A stretch of DNA of 64,000 bases from Phaeosaccion multiseriatum (taxonomy: Eukaryota > Protista > Ochrophyta, other classes), in contig OZ218952.1 of NCBI GenBank assembly GCA_965112735.1, forward strand, positions 3,658,001-3,722,000. The letters run 5' to 3'. The notes under the pieces were generated by a model that saw only the letters and a program-made list of their open reading frames with translations, was not told the origin of the DNA and made no database searches. Numbering within the stretch: position 1 is the stretch's first letter; each line of letters opens with the position of its first letter. Of the stretch, positions 26,501 through 37,821 are shown piece by piece. The position numbers were made by a program, and so were the translations under genes.

Positions 26501-27833
26501 TCCTCCCTCACCTCTCTCTCCTTTCGCTGCGGAGGGCTGATGTGGACCTTCAACAGATCCTGAACGTACCTCCGCACCGCAGCTTCGCCCGTAAACATAT
26601 CTACACCCTCCCTGGCATGCTCTCTCTGCACGTCAGGCTTGAAGAACGTCCATTCTTGCTCCCCCATCCCCTCTCCTTCCAGCCTTTGCTGCCCTGCCCG
26701 TCTCGTCCAGTCACACTTCAAGAGCTTCGAAGCGAGGTCCGCGAACACATCCTCTCTTCCTGTGGTCTCCACCCCGAGCAGCGAGCCTCTCTCGTGACAG
26801 ATCCTTCGGTATCGGAGCGTCTCTGGGGACTGACCCCCCGAAGTGGGGCTGGGGCTTGCCCCTGGGGTGCCTGGAGACGTGGAGCGCGCAGCTGAAGCGC
26901 CAGATGCTGAGACTGAGACTGCTGCTGCTGCTGGTGAGGACGGGGATGCTCTCTCCCGATCTCCCTCGCCCTCGGACGACATTTCATCCTCCTCGTAGGA
27001 ATCTCCCTCTTCATCCACCTCCATAGCCGACGGCGCCCGCTGCTGCTGCTGCTGCTGCTGCAGCTGGTGCGTGGTCGAGGAGGGAAGAACAGCATACTCG
27101 ACAGTGGCAGCGGTAGCAGTAGCAGCAGCAGGAGCAACCACAGGAGAGGCGGGAGCAGCCGAAGCGCGCGATGAAGGAACAATAGGGCTCGGGGCGTCTG
27201 GAGACAGCGCCTGACTTGCCACACTCCAGTCCTCCTGAGACACCTCGCTGGCGCCGTCGGTGTACTTCCCACCCGGGGAGAGCACTGGAGCCGCCATCGT
27301 CAAGCCTCTTTGTGGCTCAAGAGCCTCCCCTCCCCTTGCTGCACCGCTGGTGCCACCGCCGCCGCTGGTGCTGCTGCTGGTGCTGCTGCTGGTGGACGCT
27401 CTCGTTCTCGTGTGGGCATCTTCGTCATCATCAGTTGTCGTTGTGCGAGCAGCAGCAAAGCATTGCTGTCTCTCTCCCGCTGCTGCTGCCGCTGCTCGTG
27501 CTCGAGGCGAGTTTGGGGTCGCCGCCAAGGCCTTGTCTGCTATCGACGCTGCCGCCAACGCCGCATCCACCACATGCTTGGATGCCACCTCCGACGGAGA
27601 CAAAGCCGTAGTAACGGAGACGACGGTAGAAGAAGACGACTGACGCTCCTCCTGTGCCGTCGTCGCTGTGGACACGGGCGGGGAGGAGGAGGTGGGAGAG
27701 CTCTCGCCTATGGAGGTGGATCGCCCTGCCTTCCACACCGGAGAGCCCGCGCGGCGCTCGAGCGGCTTCTTCTTCTTCGTTCCCTTCATCTGGTCCTTCT
27801 TCGCGGAGAGACGTGCGCGCGTCGTCGTCGACC

Positions 27834-27875
<42 letters not shown>

Positions 27876-30800
27876 GCCGGTGCTGTATTACCAACTGCTG
27901 CTCTTGCGCCACATCCCTCCCCTCCGCAGTCTTCCTCCGCTTCTGCCTAGCACTTGTGGCGGGCGCAGACGTAACGTCGCCACGCCGTCGCTGCCCTCGT
28001 GCTGCCATGCTCTCTTCTTCCACCAACGCGCACGGAATGATTGCGCGCACCGAGGAACCGGACATTCCGTCCTCCTCGTCAGCGGCTTGCTGCCACACAC
28101 CGTCCGCCGAGTTCTCAAGCACAAAGGCGTTCCTGTCCGCCTCCGTGGTGAAGTAGTGCACGCCCTCCTTCCACGGCTTATCCAAGGAAGCCCCCGGACG
28201 AAAGTACACGTATCCCTCCCTGGAAACCTTGATATTGGACTTGTAAGTCCACCCGTGCTTGCTCAGGTTTGGGAACCTTAAGTCCACCTCCTCGCTGCTC
28301 TTCTCGTCCTCCTTGGCACTGGCGATCACTCCTCGTCCTCGTCCTCGTCCTCCTCCTCCTTCTTCTTGACGGCGTTGCTTCTTCTTCAAACCACCTTGCT
28401 TCCTCCCCTCCGGCTTCTGGGGCGCAGCGGCGACTGCAGCAGCAGCACCATCAGCACCATCAGCAGCCCTGCGGCGCTTCCCTCGGCCGCCTTCAGAAGC
28501 GTCCATAGCTCGAGGCTTCACTCCCTTCACCTCTGAACCCTCCTCTCCATCCCGCTCATCGACGTCCTGGTCCCAAACCGCCACGTTGGCGTCCAAGAAG
28601 TCGTCTCTATCTGCCTCCGTCGTGAAGAAATGCACGCCCTCTTTGCACCACCGCTTGTCCAAGACCGCACCGGGACGGAGGTACATCCAGTACTCCGCAG
28701 AGAGCTTCGGATTCGCCTTACAAGTCCACCCGACGTTCTTGAGCGATATCCAAGTCATCCTCGTCTTCTTCTTCTTCTCCTCCTCCTCCTCCTCCTCCTC
28801 CTCCTCCTCCTCCTCTTCCTCCTCCACCACCACCTCTTGCTTCTTCTTCAAAGCTGCTTGCGTCCTCCTCTCTTTCCTGGCATCACTCTCCCGCTTCTCG
28901 GCCGCGGCCGCCGCAGCAGCCACAGCAGCAGCAGCGGCAGCAGCAGCAGGCGAAGAAGGCTTTCTACAGCGCTTCCCTCGACCGCCTTCAGCAGCGTCCA
29001 TAGCTCGAGGCTTCACTCCCTTCACCTCAGAGCCCTCCTCTCCATCCCCTTCTTCGACCGCTCGCTGCCACACACCGCCCGCCCAGTTCTTTTGCACAAA
29101 GGCGTTCCTGTCCGCCTCAGTGGTGAAGTAGTGCACCCCCTCCTTCCACGGCTTATCCAAGGAAGCCCCCGGACGAACGTACACGTAGGGCTCCCCGGAG
29201 ACCTTCAGATTGGACTTGTAAGTCCACCCGTGCTTGCTCAGGTTTGCGAACCTTAAGTCCACCTCCTCCCCCTCCTCCTCCTCCTCCTCCTCCTCCTCCT
29301 CCTCCTCCTCCTCCTCCTCCTCCTCCTCCTCTACCATAGAGCCATCCTCTGACGCGCTCGCGCTCGGAGAGGAAGGAGTGGCAATGCTGCCGGCACTGTC
29401 CGCCACAGAGGAAGCAGGCGTGGCCGCAAGAGCTGACCGTTCCGAAGCCGCAGGAGAGAGGGAAACCTCGCTACTACTGCAAGGTTCGCCCCGCATCTCC
29501 CGCCGCTCCTGGTGCCTCGCCGTGACATAGTCGATAATGGAGTCTGTGTCCGCGAAGTAGTCCCTCCCATTCTCGTGTACGGCATGGTCCAATTTCCCTA
29601 CCCCGGGCCGCGAATAGATCCACGACACCAGCCCGGTACCTTTCGTTGCGGTCCACCCGTTGTCCTGCAGGAGGTCCCACATGGTTGAGAAGGAGCCGCG
29701 TTTGTCGAGGTGTTGGACGTGGATGCCTCGAATCTCGGCGAAACCATCATCATCCCCGTCACTGCTGCCATCACCACCCTCGTCGCTGACACTCTCATCA
29801 GTAGCACCAGCAGCAGTAACAGCAGCACCACCAGCCGCACCAGCAGCATCAGCAGCGTCGGCAGCGCCGGTCCCAGGCGCATGGACATACATGCGTGGGG
29901 GGCTGCCCGCCGCCGTCTCAGACGGGGCAGGAGAAGCAACAGAAGGAGAAGATGATGCTGCTGCTGTCTCTCCTCTTCCTCCTCCTCCTCCTCCAGCCCC
30001 AAGCCGGGCTGACGTGTCTGAGGGCTGTTCCGTCGGTGCCAATGCCAGCGCCGCAGTCATGGGGCGTCCCCCGTACATCTCGAGGGTTTCCCTCCGGTTT
30101 CCGTTTCCGCCATGGGAAGGGCCAAGAGGGTACCTCACCTCTCCCGGAGAGACAAGTGGAGAGGCCACTGGAGACGAAGCTTCCACAGTTTTGGCTTCCG
30201 AAGGCTGCTGCTCCTGCTCCTCCTGCTGCTGCTGCTGCGTCTGAGAGGTCTTGAGGGTATGGGTGGAGAGCGCCTCCGACCCATGCGGAGTTCGCGAAGT
30301 CGGTGGTACACCGGCAGGGGGGGCGGCGACGATGAACGAGTTGAACATGTACTTTATCCCCAGGTTGTCGAGGGAGGCGGCGACTTGCTCGACATACTGG
30401 GCCTTCTCGTCCGGGTGGGTGGGCCAGTCTCGAATGGAGTCCTGCCCGACCGACTTAAAGAGGCACTTGTGGAGCACAAAGACCACCCCGCCATCCTTGG
30501 GGGGGGGTGGCCGCTGCTCTACGGCTTTGCTGAAGAGCTGAGGGAAGAGGAGGTGATGTGGTGCGGAGTGTGATGGGAAGAGAGGAGGGTCCGCAGAAGG
30601 GCAAGTGAGGAGGCCAAGGAGCAGCAGCAGAAGCAGCAGCAGCAAGGAGTGGGGGGAGAGAAGGCGTGAGAGATGAAAAGGGGGGTGGAAAACTCAAGGT
30701 GAGCGAGCGGGTTGTACAACGCAGTGACGAAACAAGAGAGGAGAGGGGAGCTTGTGCACCACAGCCCGTTAGGCTGGAACATGGCACTTCTCTCTACACA

Positions 30801-31358
30801 TTGGACCCCAGCTACCTATCTAAGGAAATCGGATCATCGAGTCTATAGTGCTGACCAATCAGCCGCCACCCCGCGTCCATACCGCTGCAGACACATGCAC
30901 ACTCCAAACCGGATTCAAATCGAGTCCCCTTCCCGCCAACTCTCACTCTCGAGCAGCAGCTCGCCAACACCGATGGTACGTGAGCTACAGGTCTTCTCTG
31001 CGACCACATCACCACCTCTGCTTCATTCGCTGCGCTAGCGAGCCTCTTGCCTACACCTCTAGCCCTGTTTCCCTCCCCATCTCAATGACACCGTCTTCAC
31101 TCTCACCTTTAGCTCTCTGTCTGCCGCTTCCCATGACCGCAGCCACCAGGCGGGCCACCACTTATCCGGTGCATCTCCAGCCACAAGTACTGCCTCGCCA
31201 TCAGATCTCACCCTTCCACTGCTGCTGGCGCCTTCTCCCACGCTCGAGGTCGATGGGGCTGCTGTTGTCGAACTGACTTGATGACCTCGCTTTGCCGCGG
31301 GCACTGCGAAGTTCCCGCCGCCTCCGCTTCCCGCCAATGATATTGCTACTAGTGGCAT
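23584..31358 (-). CDS. CDC6: Cdc6-type replication-licensing AAA+ ATPase with a very long N-terminal extension
   Basis: Walker A IYLSGPPGVGKT, Walker B VLVIDEMDHL, LYQLFEW, LIGVANSVDL, FRPYDKQQL, SGDARRALSLC and a winged-helix-like C-terminus. One ~7-kb exon (23584..~30540); upstream exons and start codon (31358) are tentative. Confidence 0.8.
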
Positions 31359-31541
31359 GACGTAAGAGTATTTCCTGTCTGTGGGCGTCTACGCGGCTTG
31401 CCTCATTCGCCTCCTTTCGTGTTCTTCCTGAGGTGCTCTTTTTTGGTCCCGAGACGTTTGAATCGAAAAATACAGTTTCAGTTTCAAGCTCATGGGTCCG
31501 GGCTAGGGCCGCGGCCGCGCCAAGGAAGGAAAAAAGCTGCC

Positions 31542-32483
31542 ATGAGCTCAGCCGACGCAGAGCCAGCTTCCTCTTTCCAACTGGAGATGTTCCCGTCCCG
31601 ATGTGTGCACGTGGCTCTCTTCCGAGGCGTGCTGAATGTGGAGCAGGTGGCCACCGCGGCGAGAGACCGCATGGCCGTCATTGACGCCAGTCTTGTGAGC
31701 TGCGTGTTCCAGCTGCTGGTGGCATGCACAGACGCGTGTGCGAAGGAGAGGGACGACAGGATGAAGACCAAGAACATGTTGAGCGAGATCGTGTACACCT
31801 TGTCAGGGAGCAGGAATATCAACAATGTCTTGAGCAACTTTGCATGCCCGGTACGTGCTTGAGGCGAGAGTGTGACCTTGGCTCACGGGCAGGAGAGCTT
31901 TGGGAGGAGACGTGGGGAGGGGCACCCGACCTCCAGTAGCAGCAGCACACAGTGGCTGCGGCGAAAGCGAGGAGAAGGGGCCTATCCTTCCTTGGAGTAA
32001 GAGGGGCAGCAGCAGCAGCGATGTAGGCATAGAGATGGGCAGCAGCTGCGCTTGCCCTACAGTCTCAAGTTCGTGCCTTCGGCCCTCGCACTGAGCAAGT
32101 ATGCGTCAAGGCCTTAACCCCCCCCTACCCCCTTTGCTCAGGTCTATCTGTTCATCTTTGCCAAAAGTGACCCTCCCCCTCTTCCTCTTCCTCCTCCTCC
32201 CTCCCGCTGCGCTCAGGCCACCGAGGGCGGTAGCTTCATGCTGCTGGCAGGTTTCAACGTTGCCCCAGAGGTCCAGCAAGAGATTTTCGGAGTGGTGCAG
32301 GGCAAAAGAGTGATGAACCTTGACGACGAGCTGCGCGGCGGCCTTCTTGAACCCGTCAGGAAGGAGAAGCTCAAGATGCGGTACAAGATAGGAGAAGAAG
32401 AGCTCGCGGCAGGGGCGCCTTCACAGGCACTGGCCGCCATGGAGGGCGCGATTCTCACTCGGATGGCTGCGAGGGACCTGTGA
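31542..32483 (+). CDS. CGI121: KEOPS/EKC complex subunit CGI-121 (TPRKB), two exons
   Basis: VHVALFRGVLN, AVIDASLVSCVFQLLVA, MKTKNMLSEIVYTLSGSRNINNVLSNF, LKMRYKIGEEEL...ILTRMAARDL. Confidence 0.9.
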
Positions 32484-33083
32484 TTGAGAGATTAAGTTAG
32501 GGTGAGAGAGTGAGCGAGTGAATGAGTGACTTTAGTGCTCACCGTGGAGTCTCCAAGAAGGAGAGGGCTTCTTCCTCGACGACGCCTTTGCCTGGGTGAG
32601 ACGACCACCATCTATCCCCTTGTGGGCCTGTGAATCTTTTGGTTCACATGAGAGCGAGAGCGCCGCCATCCTGCCTCCGGGTAGAAAAGACGCGGCAGAC
32701 AGACATGTGCGAATCTCCGGCCACGCGAGCCCTCCGGAGCTACTCAGAGCTACTCAGAGCTACTCAGAGCTACTCACGGCTCTACTACGTGCACCCCGCC
32801 ACCACCGTGGATCGCTCAGGCCAAACGAGAGGGGAGGCGAAGCGAATGTCGCAGCAGCAGCAACACCACCACGTCGACTCGGAAGCGCCACACGGAAGCA
32901 GCTCTCCCCCAAACTTCTTCAGGGCATCGCATATTGTATCGCCGCCAGGGATGGGGTAAAGTGGGCACTCAAAGTTTGTGGGGGGTCTCCACGAGGCTCT
33001 CCGGCTGCTGCACACACGCACCACTCCGGAAGATGATGGTGGTCGTCGTGTCAGGACAAATGCACCGTGGAACCGTGGTACAC

Positions 33084-33260
33084 CGACCCCTGATGCACTA
33101 TCCGCTATCCGCTATCGCCGGCGCCAGCCGGCTTTGGGGGGGGTTGTAGGGGCGTGCTACCCGCTATCGCTGGCGCCAGCCGATCCGCTATCCGCTATCG
33201 GGGGCGGGGGGGCCCGATAGCGCGCTATCGAGAATGTGGGCAATAGTGCGTCAGGGGTCG
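33084..33260. mobile_element. Putative MITE, copy 1
   Basis: 17-bp TIRs cgacccctgatgcacta / tagtgcgtcaggggtcg (1 mismatch); internal ccgctat repeats; homologous to 59341..59475. Confidence 0.7.
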
Positions 33261-33723
33261 AAATTGTGGGCCGACCATCACCAACCAGCCGCGGCCTTTT
33301 GTCGATGGTAGGCCCTATTCCTAAATATACTACGAAGTAATAGTAGACTGCCCCACGGGGCATGTGAAGGCGGTGAAGGGGATCGTCTTCGTGCGTGCCT
33401 CTCCCATGGAGGTCCGATAGTCGAAACGAGTGAAGGTGAAGGCCGGCTGACGCCGGCGGTAGAAGGTAGCACGCCGGCTGGCGCCGGCGCTAGCAGGTAG
33501 CACCGTAGCAGGCAGGCCGACTGGCGCTGGTTGCACGTCAGGGTCGACAATAGAGCCGGCATAAAGGGTGGTGCGGAGAAAAGAAAATCCTTCAAACTGA
33601 AAGTTCGCATTCATGACTTTCACCCGCTCGCGTACCTCAGTCGGTCCCACTCACTGCAATCGTCTGCTGTATAGGCCGGCGTCTTGAGCTTGTCAGCAGC
33701 GAGGGGGGGCTTATAAAGACAAT

Positions 33724-36700
33724 ATGAACAAGAGACTTCTATATGACAGCGAGGGGGAGGAGGAGGAGGTGGAGCACGAGGACAAGGACCTGTACTGGCT
33801 GAGTCTGCTCGGGAACGAGGACAAGCGGAACTGGTGCAATTTGGAGCAAGCGCGGAAAGATGTGGAGGTCGAGATTGTGCACTCGAACCAGCGGAAGCTC
33901 GTGCGCTCTGGCGGGGGGTTCTCTGCTCGGGCTCGAGAGGCGGAGACTCGCAGCACGTTCAACACGGCCTTGGCGGAGATCAACGCCACCAAACTGGCCC
34001 GGCTGCTGCCCAACCCGGGGACCAAGCGGGAGCAGGAGGAGCTGGCGTTGGTGGTTTGGCGGAAGGCCAAGTGGCTGGAGCATCACGTGATCTACAACGT
34101 CTGTGGCGTGGTGCTGTGTACAATCGCGTGCGCGCTCTACGTGTATGAGACGTACCTGCCAACGTTTCCACAGTGGGGTATTACCTTCGAGGAGTGGCTG
34201 CTGTTCTTGTTCAGTGTGCACTTTGTGGTGAAGTTGCTGGGGGCTAATGACTTGCTCTCCTTCCTCTTCAGCGGCAAGTCGGCGCTGCTGGTACTGGCCA
34301 CCATTGTGCCTGGGATGGTGGTGATTTTGGACGAGAACGAAAACGACCCGCTGAATATCGGCTTTCTGCGTGCGCTGGCCCTGTCTTCCTTCGGGCAGCG
34401 GCTCTTCGACTACAAGCGACTGGCTATCAGCGGCGTGCAGCGAGTGGGAGACAACAGCGCCACGAGGTTGAGCATTCTCGCCCAGCAGAGAGTGCTCCAC
34501 CGGCAGATCCTGACCCTGGGCATTTACGTGATTGTGTTTGCGTTTGTATCTGCGGGCATAGTGATTGTCATCGACCACAAGAGCAACGGGCAGAGTATTG
34601 ACGGGATTGGCCCCGACACGGGCGTGCTGCGCTTCAACGAGGCGCTGTACTACATCATCATCACCTTGTCGACCATCGGCTTTGGCGACGTCGTACCCCT
34701 GTCCACCGCTCAGCAGATGACCATCCTGGCCATCATCAGCGCCTTCTTGGTCACCATCCCCGTGCGGGTGGCTATGGTGGCGCTTGCCCACAGCAGGAAG
34801 GGCTCTCGCTACGCCGGCAAGTACTCACACGACAATGTGCGGGAGCGGCACATTGTCGTTTGCGGCAACGTGGGCTTCAGCAGCCTGCTCTCGTGTTTGC
34901 AGGAGCTCTTCCATGCCGACCACGGCAAGGCGGCCATGTGGCTCAAGGTGGTGGTGCTGTCTGCGGATGAGCCCTCGATGGGCATGGTGGCGCTGATGGA
35001 GCTGCCTGACTACAAGGACAAGGTGGCCTACATTCGAGGCAGCCCGCTCAACAGCAGAGACCTGCAGAGAGCCCGGGTGCAGGACGCGGCGAGTGTGCTC
35101 GTGCTCGTGGAGAAGCTGGCGAGGGACACCAAGAAGGAAGACGCACACGCCATGCTCATGGCCATCTCGGTGCTCACACATGTGCAGGCCCAGCGTCGAT
35201 CAGGAGGGGGCCCTCGTCTGCTGGTGGAGCTTCTCAACCCCAACTCCGCCCTCCACATCAGGTCCGCGGGCATCCGTCACGTGGTGAGCTTTGACCAGCT
35301 CAAGCTGTCCATGGTGGCCCAGAGCTGCCTCTGCCCCGGATGGTCTGCGCTTGTGGCCAACTTGGTGCGGTCGCACAGTGCCCTTCCTGCGCAGGCCCTC
35401 CAGCAAGGCACTTGGCTGGGCGAGTACTACCTCGGCGCCACCAAGACGGTCTTCTCCACCCAGCTCAGCCCCGTGTTTGTGGGGCTGCCCTTCTCGGAGG
35501 TGGTTGCAACCGTTTACGAACAGTTTGAGCTCATCATCGTGGCGGTGGAGATGCACGCGACGGGTCTCGTGGTCATCAATCCCGAGGCCCACTACGAGGT
35601 GGAGCTCGGAGACCGCGCTCTGGTGTTGGCTGAGTCGCAGGCGGACGCGCTGAGTGTGTGGGAGTTTTTGGGGGAGGCGTTTGCGAGGGGGGAGGCCGGG
35701 GAGGAGGCGGCGCTGCTGGAGAGTGTGGGGTGCAAGAAGCTCGCTGCGATGAATGGACAAGGCTACGTGGAGAGCATTGGGCAGAACCGCCTGCTGAACC
35801 GCTGCAGGAGAGCGCCTGGCCCGGAGACGCTGCCTGACTTCTTTCTCGTCAAGGCTTATTTGGCTCTCTTCGACAGCACACGCCACCTCGACCCCTACGA
35901 GGTGTACGCTGACTACGAGAGGGCGAGGGGCTTCGAGCCGCAGGTCTTTGCGCATCGAGAGCAGGCGTCTTCGGCCCAGGCCCAAGCGAGGGAGGACAGG
36001 CCGGCGTCCGCTGCCTCCGAGCCCGCTGCTTCTTCTCCTTGGCGAGAGAGCTTGCGGTCCTTTGTGTCGGAGGTGGATGCGCTGCCCGAGGGTATCGAGA
36101 GCGCCGAGGTGGTGGACACGGACAACAACAATGCCTCCGACGGCGGCGGCGGCAGCGGCCTGGTAGACTTGAGGCAGCGTGCGGCGGCTCTTTTGGCAAA
36201 GGGGGGGGGGGGAGGAGGCGGAGGCAGCGGCAGCAGCAGCAGGGGCATCAGCATCAGCTCAGGCACGACCTTTGACACGCCGCTCAAGGACACGAGGCAC
36301 CTTTCGTCCCACCTCCTCGTCCTCGGCTTCCCTGCCCGCCCCTCGCACATGGAGGCCTTCCTTCGGCCGCTGCGGCGAAGCGACCGTCTGGACCTGGCGG
36401 CGAGGCCGTCCATCCTGTTCATGTCACCAAAGGTGGACCGTCTCATCTCCTGCCTGCAGCGGCTGGCGCAGGACGAGGAGGGCATTGATCTGAGCCGCAT
36501 CTACGTCGTGCCGGGACATCCCATGTCTCAGCAGGACCTCATCAACGCGGGCATTGAGCGCTGCAAGACCGTGGTGTGCCTGTCCAATGTCTCTCAGCTT
36601 GTGGAGCGGCCGGACGAGAAGGACGGGTTGATCGACGCGGAGGCCCTCATGTCTTTCATCAAGATGGAGCTGCTCTTGGCACCCGACGCACACTTCATCG

Positions 36701-37398
36701 TCGAGCTGGAGTTTGACGAGAACATGCGCTTCCTTCACACGAGGGGGGAGCTGAGCGCGCTGCAGGCTTTGTCCACTTTGGCGGAGGAGCATTCGTATCT
36801 GTGGCCCAAGTTCGCAGCAGGGAGGGCCTACAGCGCGTCGGCTCTTGACGCGCTTCTGAGCCAGGCGTTTCATCGGCCCAGTCGCATCGCATTGTTTGAG
36901 CAAATGCTGCAGCTCGGTCACCCCAACGTGGCAGTGAGTGGAGAGAGCAATGGAAGGGACCAATCAGCAGCTATCGCTGCGCGGGCCTCGCAGGGACAGC
37001 GGGCGGAAGGGGTGGGCTTCGAGCAGCAGGAGGAGCACAAGGAGGAGCGGTTGGAAGGGCCCGAAGGAGGGGACTATCAGCAGCAGCAGCAGCAGCAGCA
37101 GCGGCCGCAGGAGGAGGAGTTTGGCAAGGTTGAAAACCAGCAGGGGCAGCAGCAGGCAGGAGACTCCGTGGGCATCTACCAGTTTGAGGTACCTCAGTCC
37201 CTACTCGGCCACTGCTTTGGCGAGCTCTACCACGCGCTCATCATGCCGCCCATCCGCGCCACTCCCATCGGCCTGTACCGAGCCAAGGGAACCAGTCAGG
37301 CCCCCGAGCCCTACGTGTACACAGCTCCGAGAGCGGACACGGTACTGCACAAGGGGGACCTTGTGTTTGTGATGGGCCGGCCTGCGGAGCTTCCTTGA
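33724..37398 (+). CDS. BK/Slo-type (Ca2+-activated) potassium channel alpha subunit, intronless
   Basis: TM segments, pore LYYIIITLSTIGFGDVVP, RCK1 (RHIVVCG, YIRGSPLNSRDLQRA, AQSCLCPGWSALVANL), RCK2 (HLLVLG, PKFAAGRAY) and C-terminal PYVYTAPRADTVLHKGDLVFV. Confidence 0.93.
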   Translation: MNKRLLYDSEGEEEEVEHEDKDLYWLSLLGNEDKRNWCNLEQARKDVEVEIVHSNQRKLVRSGGGFSARAREAETRSTFNTALAEINATKLARLLPNPGTKREQEELALVVWRKAKWLEHHVIYNVCGVVLCTIACALYVYETYLPTFPQWGITFEEWLLFLFSVHFVVKLLGANDLLSFLFSGKSALLVLATIVPGMVVILDENENDPLNIGFLRALALSSFGQRLFDYKRLAISGVQRVGDNSATRLSILAQQRVLHRQILTLGIYVIVFAFVSAGIVIVIDHKSNGQSIDGIGPDTGVLRFNEALYYIIITLSTIGFGDVVPLSTAQQMTILAIISAFLVTIPVRVAMVALAHSRKGSRYAGKYSHDNVRERHIVVCGNVGFSSLLSCLQELFHADHGKAAMWLKVVVLSADEPSMGMVALMELPDYKDKVAYIRGSPLNSRDLQRARVQDAASVLVLVEKLARDTKKEDAHAMLMAISVLTHVQAQRRSGGGPRLLVELLNPNSALHIRSAGIRHVVSFDQLKLSMVAQSCLCPGWSALVANLVRSHSALPAQALQQGTWLGEYYLGATKTVFSTQLSPVFVGLPFSEVVATVYEQFELIIVAVEMHATGLVVINPEAHYEVELGDRALVLAESQADALSVWEFLGEAFARGEAGEEAALLESVGCKKLAAMNGQGYVESIGQNRLLNRCRRAPGPETLPDFFLVKAYLALFDSTRHLDPYEVYADYERARGFEPQVFAHREQASSAQAQAREDRPASAASEPAASSPWRESLRSFVSEVDALPEGIESAEVVDTDNNNASDGGGGSGLVDLRQRAAALLAKGGGGGGGGSGSSSRGISISSGTTFDTPLKDTRHLSSHLLVLGFPARPSHMEAFLRPLRRSDRLDLAARPSILFMSPKVDRLISCLQRLAQDEEGIDLSRIYVVPGHPMSQQDLINAGIERCKTVVCLSNVSQLVERPDEKDGLIDAEALMSFIKMELLLAPDAHFIVELEFDENMRFLHTRGELSALQALSTLAEEHSYLWPKFAAGRAYSASALDALLSQAFHRPSRIALFEQMLQLGHPNVAVSGESNGRDQSAAIAARASQGQRAEGVGFEQQEEHKEERLEGPEGGDYQQQQQQQQRPQEEEFGKVENQQGQQQAGDSVGIYQFEVPQSLLGHCFGELYHALIMPPIRATPIGLYRAKGTSQAPEPYVYTAPRADTVLHKGDLVFVMGRPAELP

Positions 37399-37821
37399 AG
37401 GTCGGCTGATTGCCTGGTAGCAGAGGATCAACCCAGCGGAATGGAATGGGTTGTGTATCATATGTACTATATAATAACGGGGGGCGCAGATTTTTTAGAC
37501 GAGTACAAAAGCATTTATGAGTACAAAAGCATTTTATTTTTTTAGAGAAACATTCGAAGGAAGAGGTAGAAATACGTTGATTTTAAATTCAAATAAATAA
37601 GTAGCAAAAGAGTGTGTGTGTGGAGTTGTGATCTTTTACGGAGTGCTTCGTTGTGTGCAGTCTTGAGCCCGGTCTGTAACTTTGGAGGGCATCATTGCGT
37701 GCGGGCACCCACCTCAGCTGCAATCTTCTTTCTCATCACAGTATCACTCGGACGACAGACATAAAGGGGGCAGGTCAGTAGCTTGAGATAAGAGTGTGAG
37801 GGGCGAAGTTCAGTTGATGGC

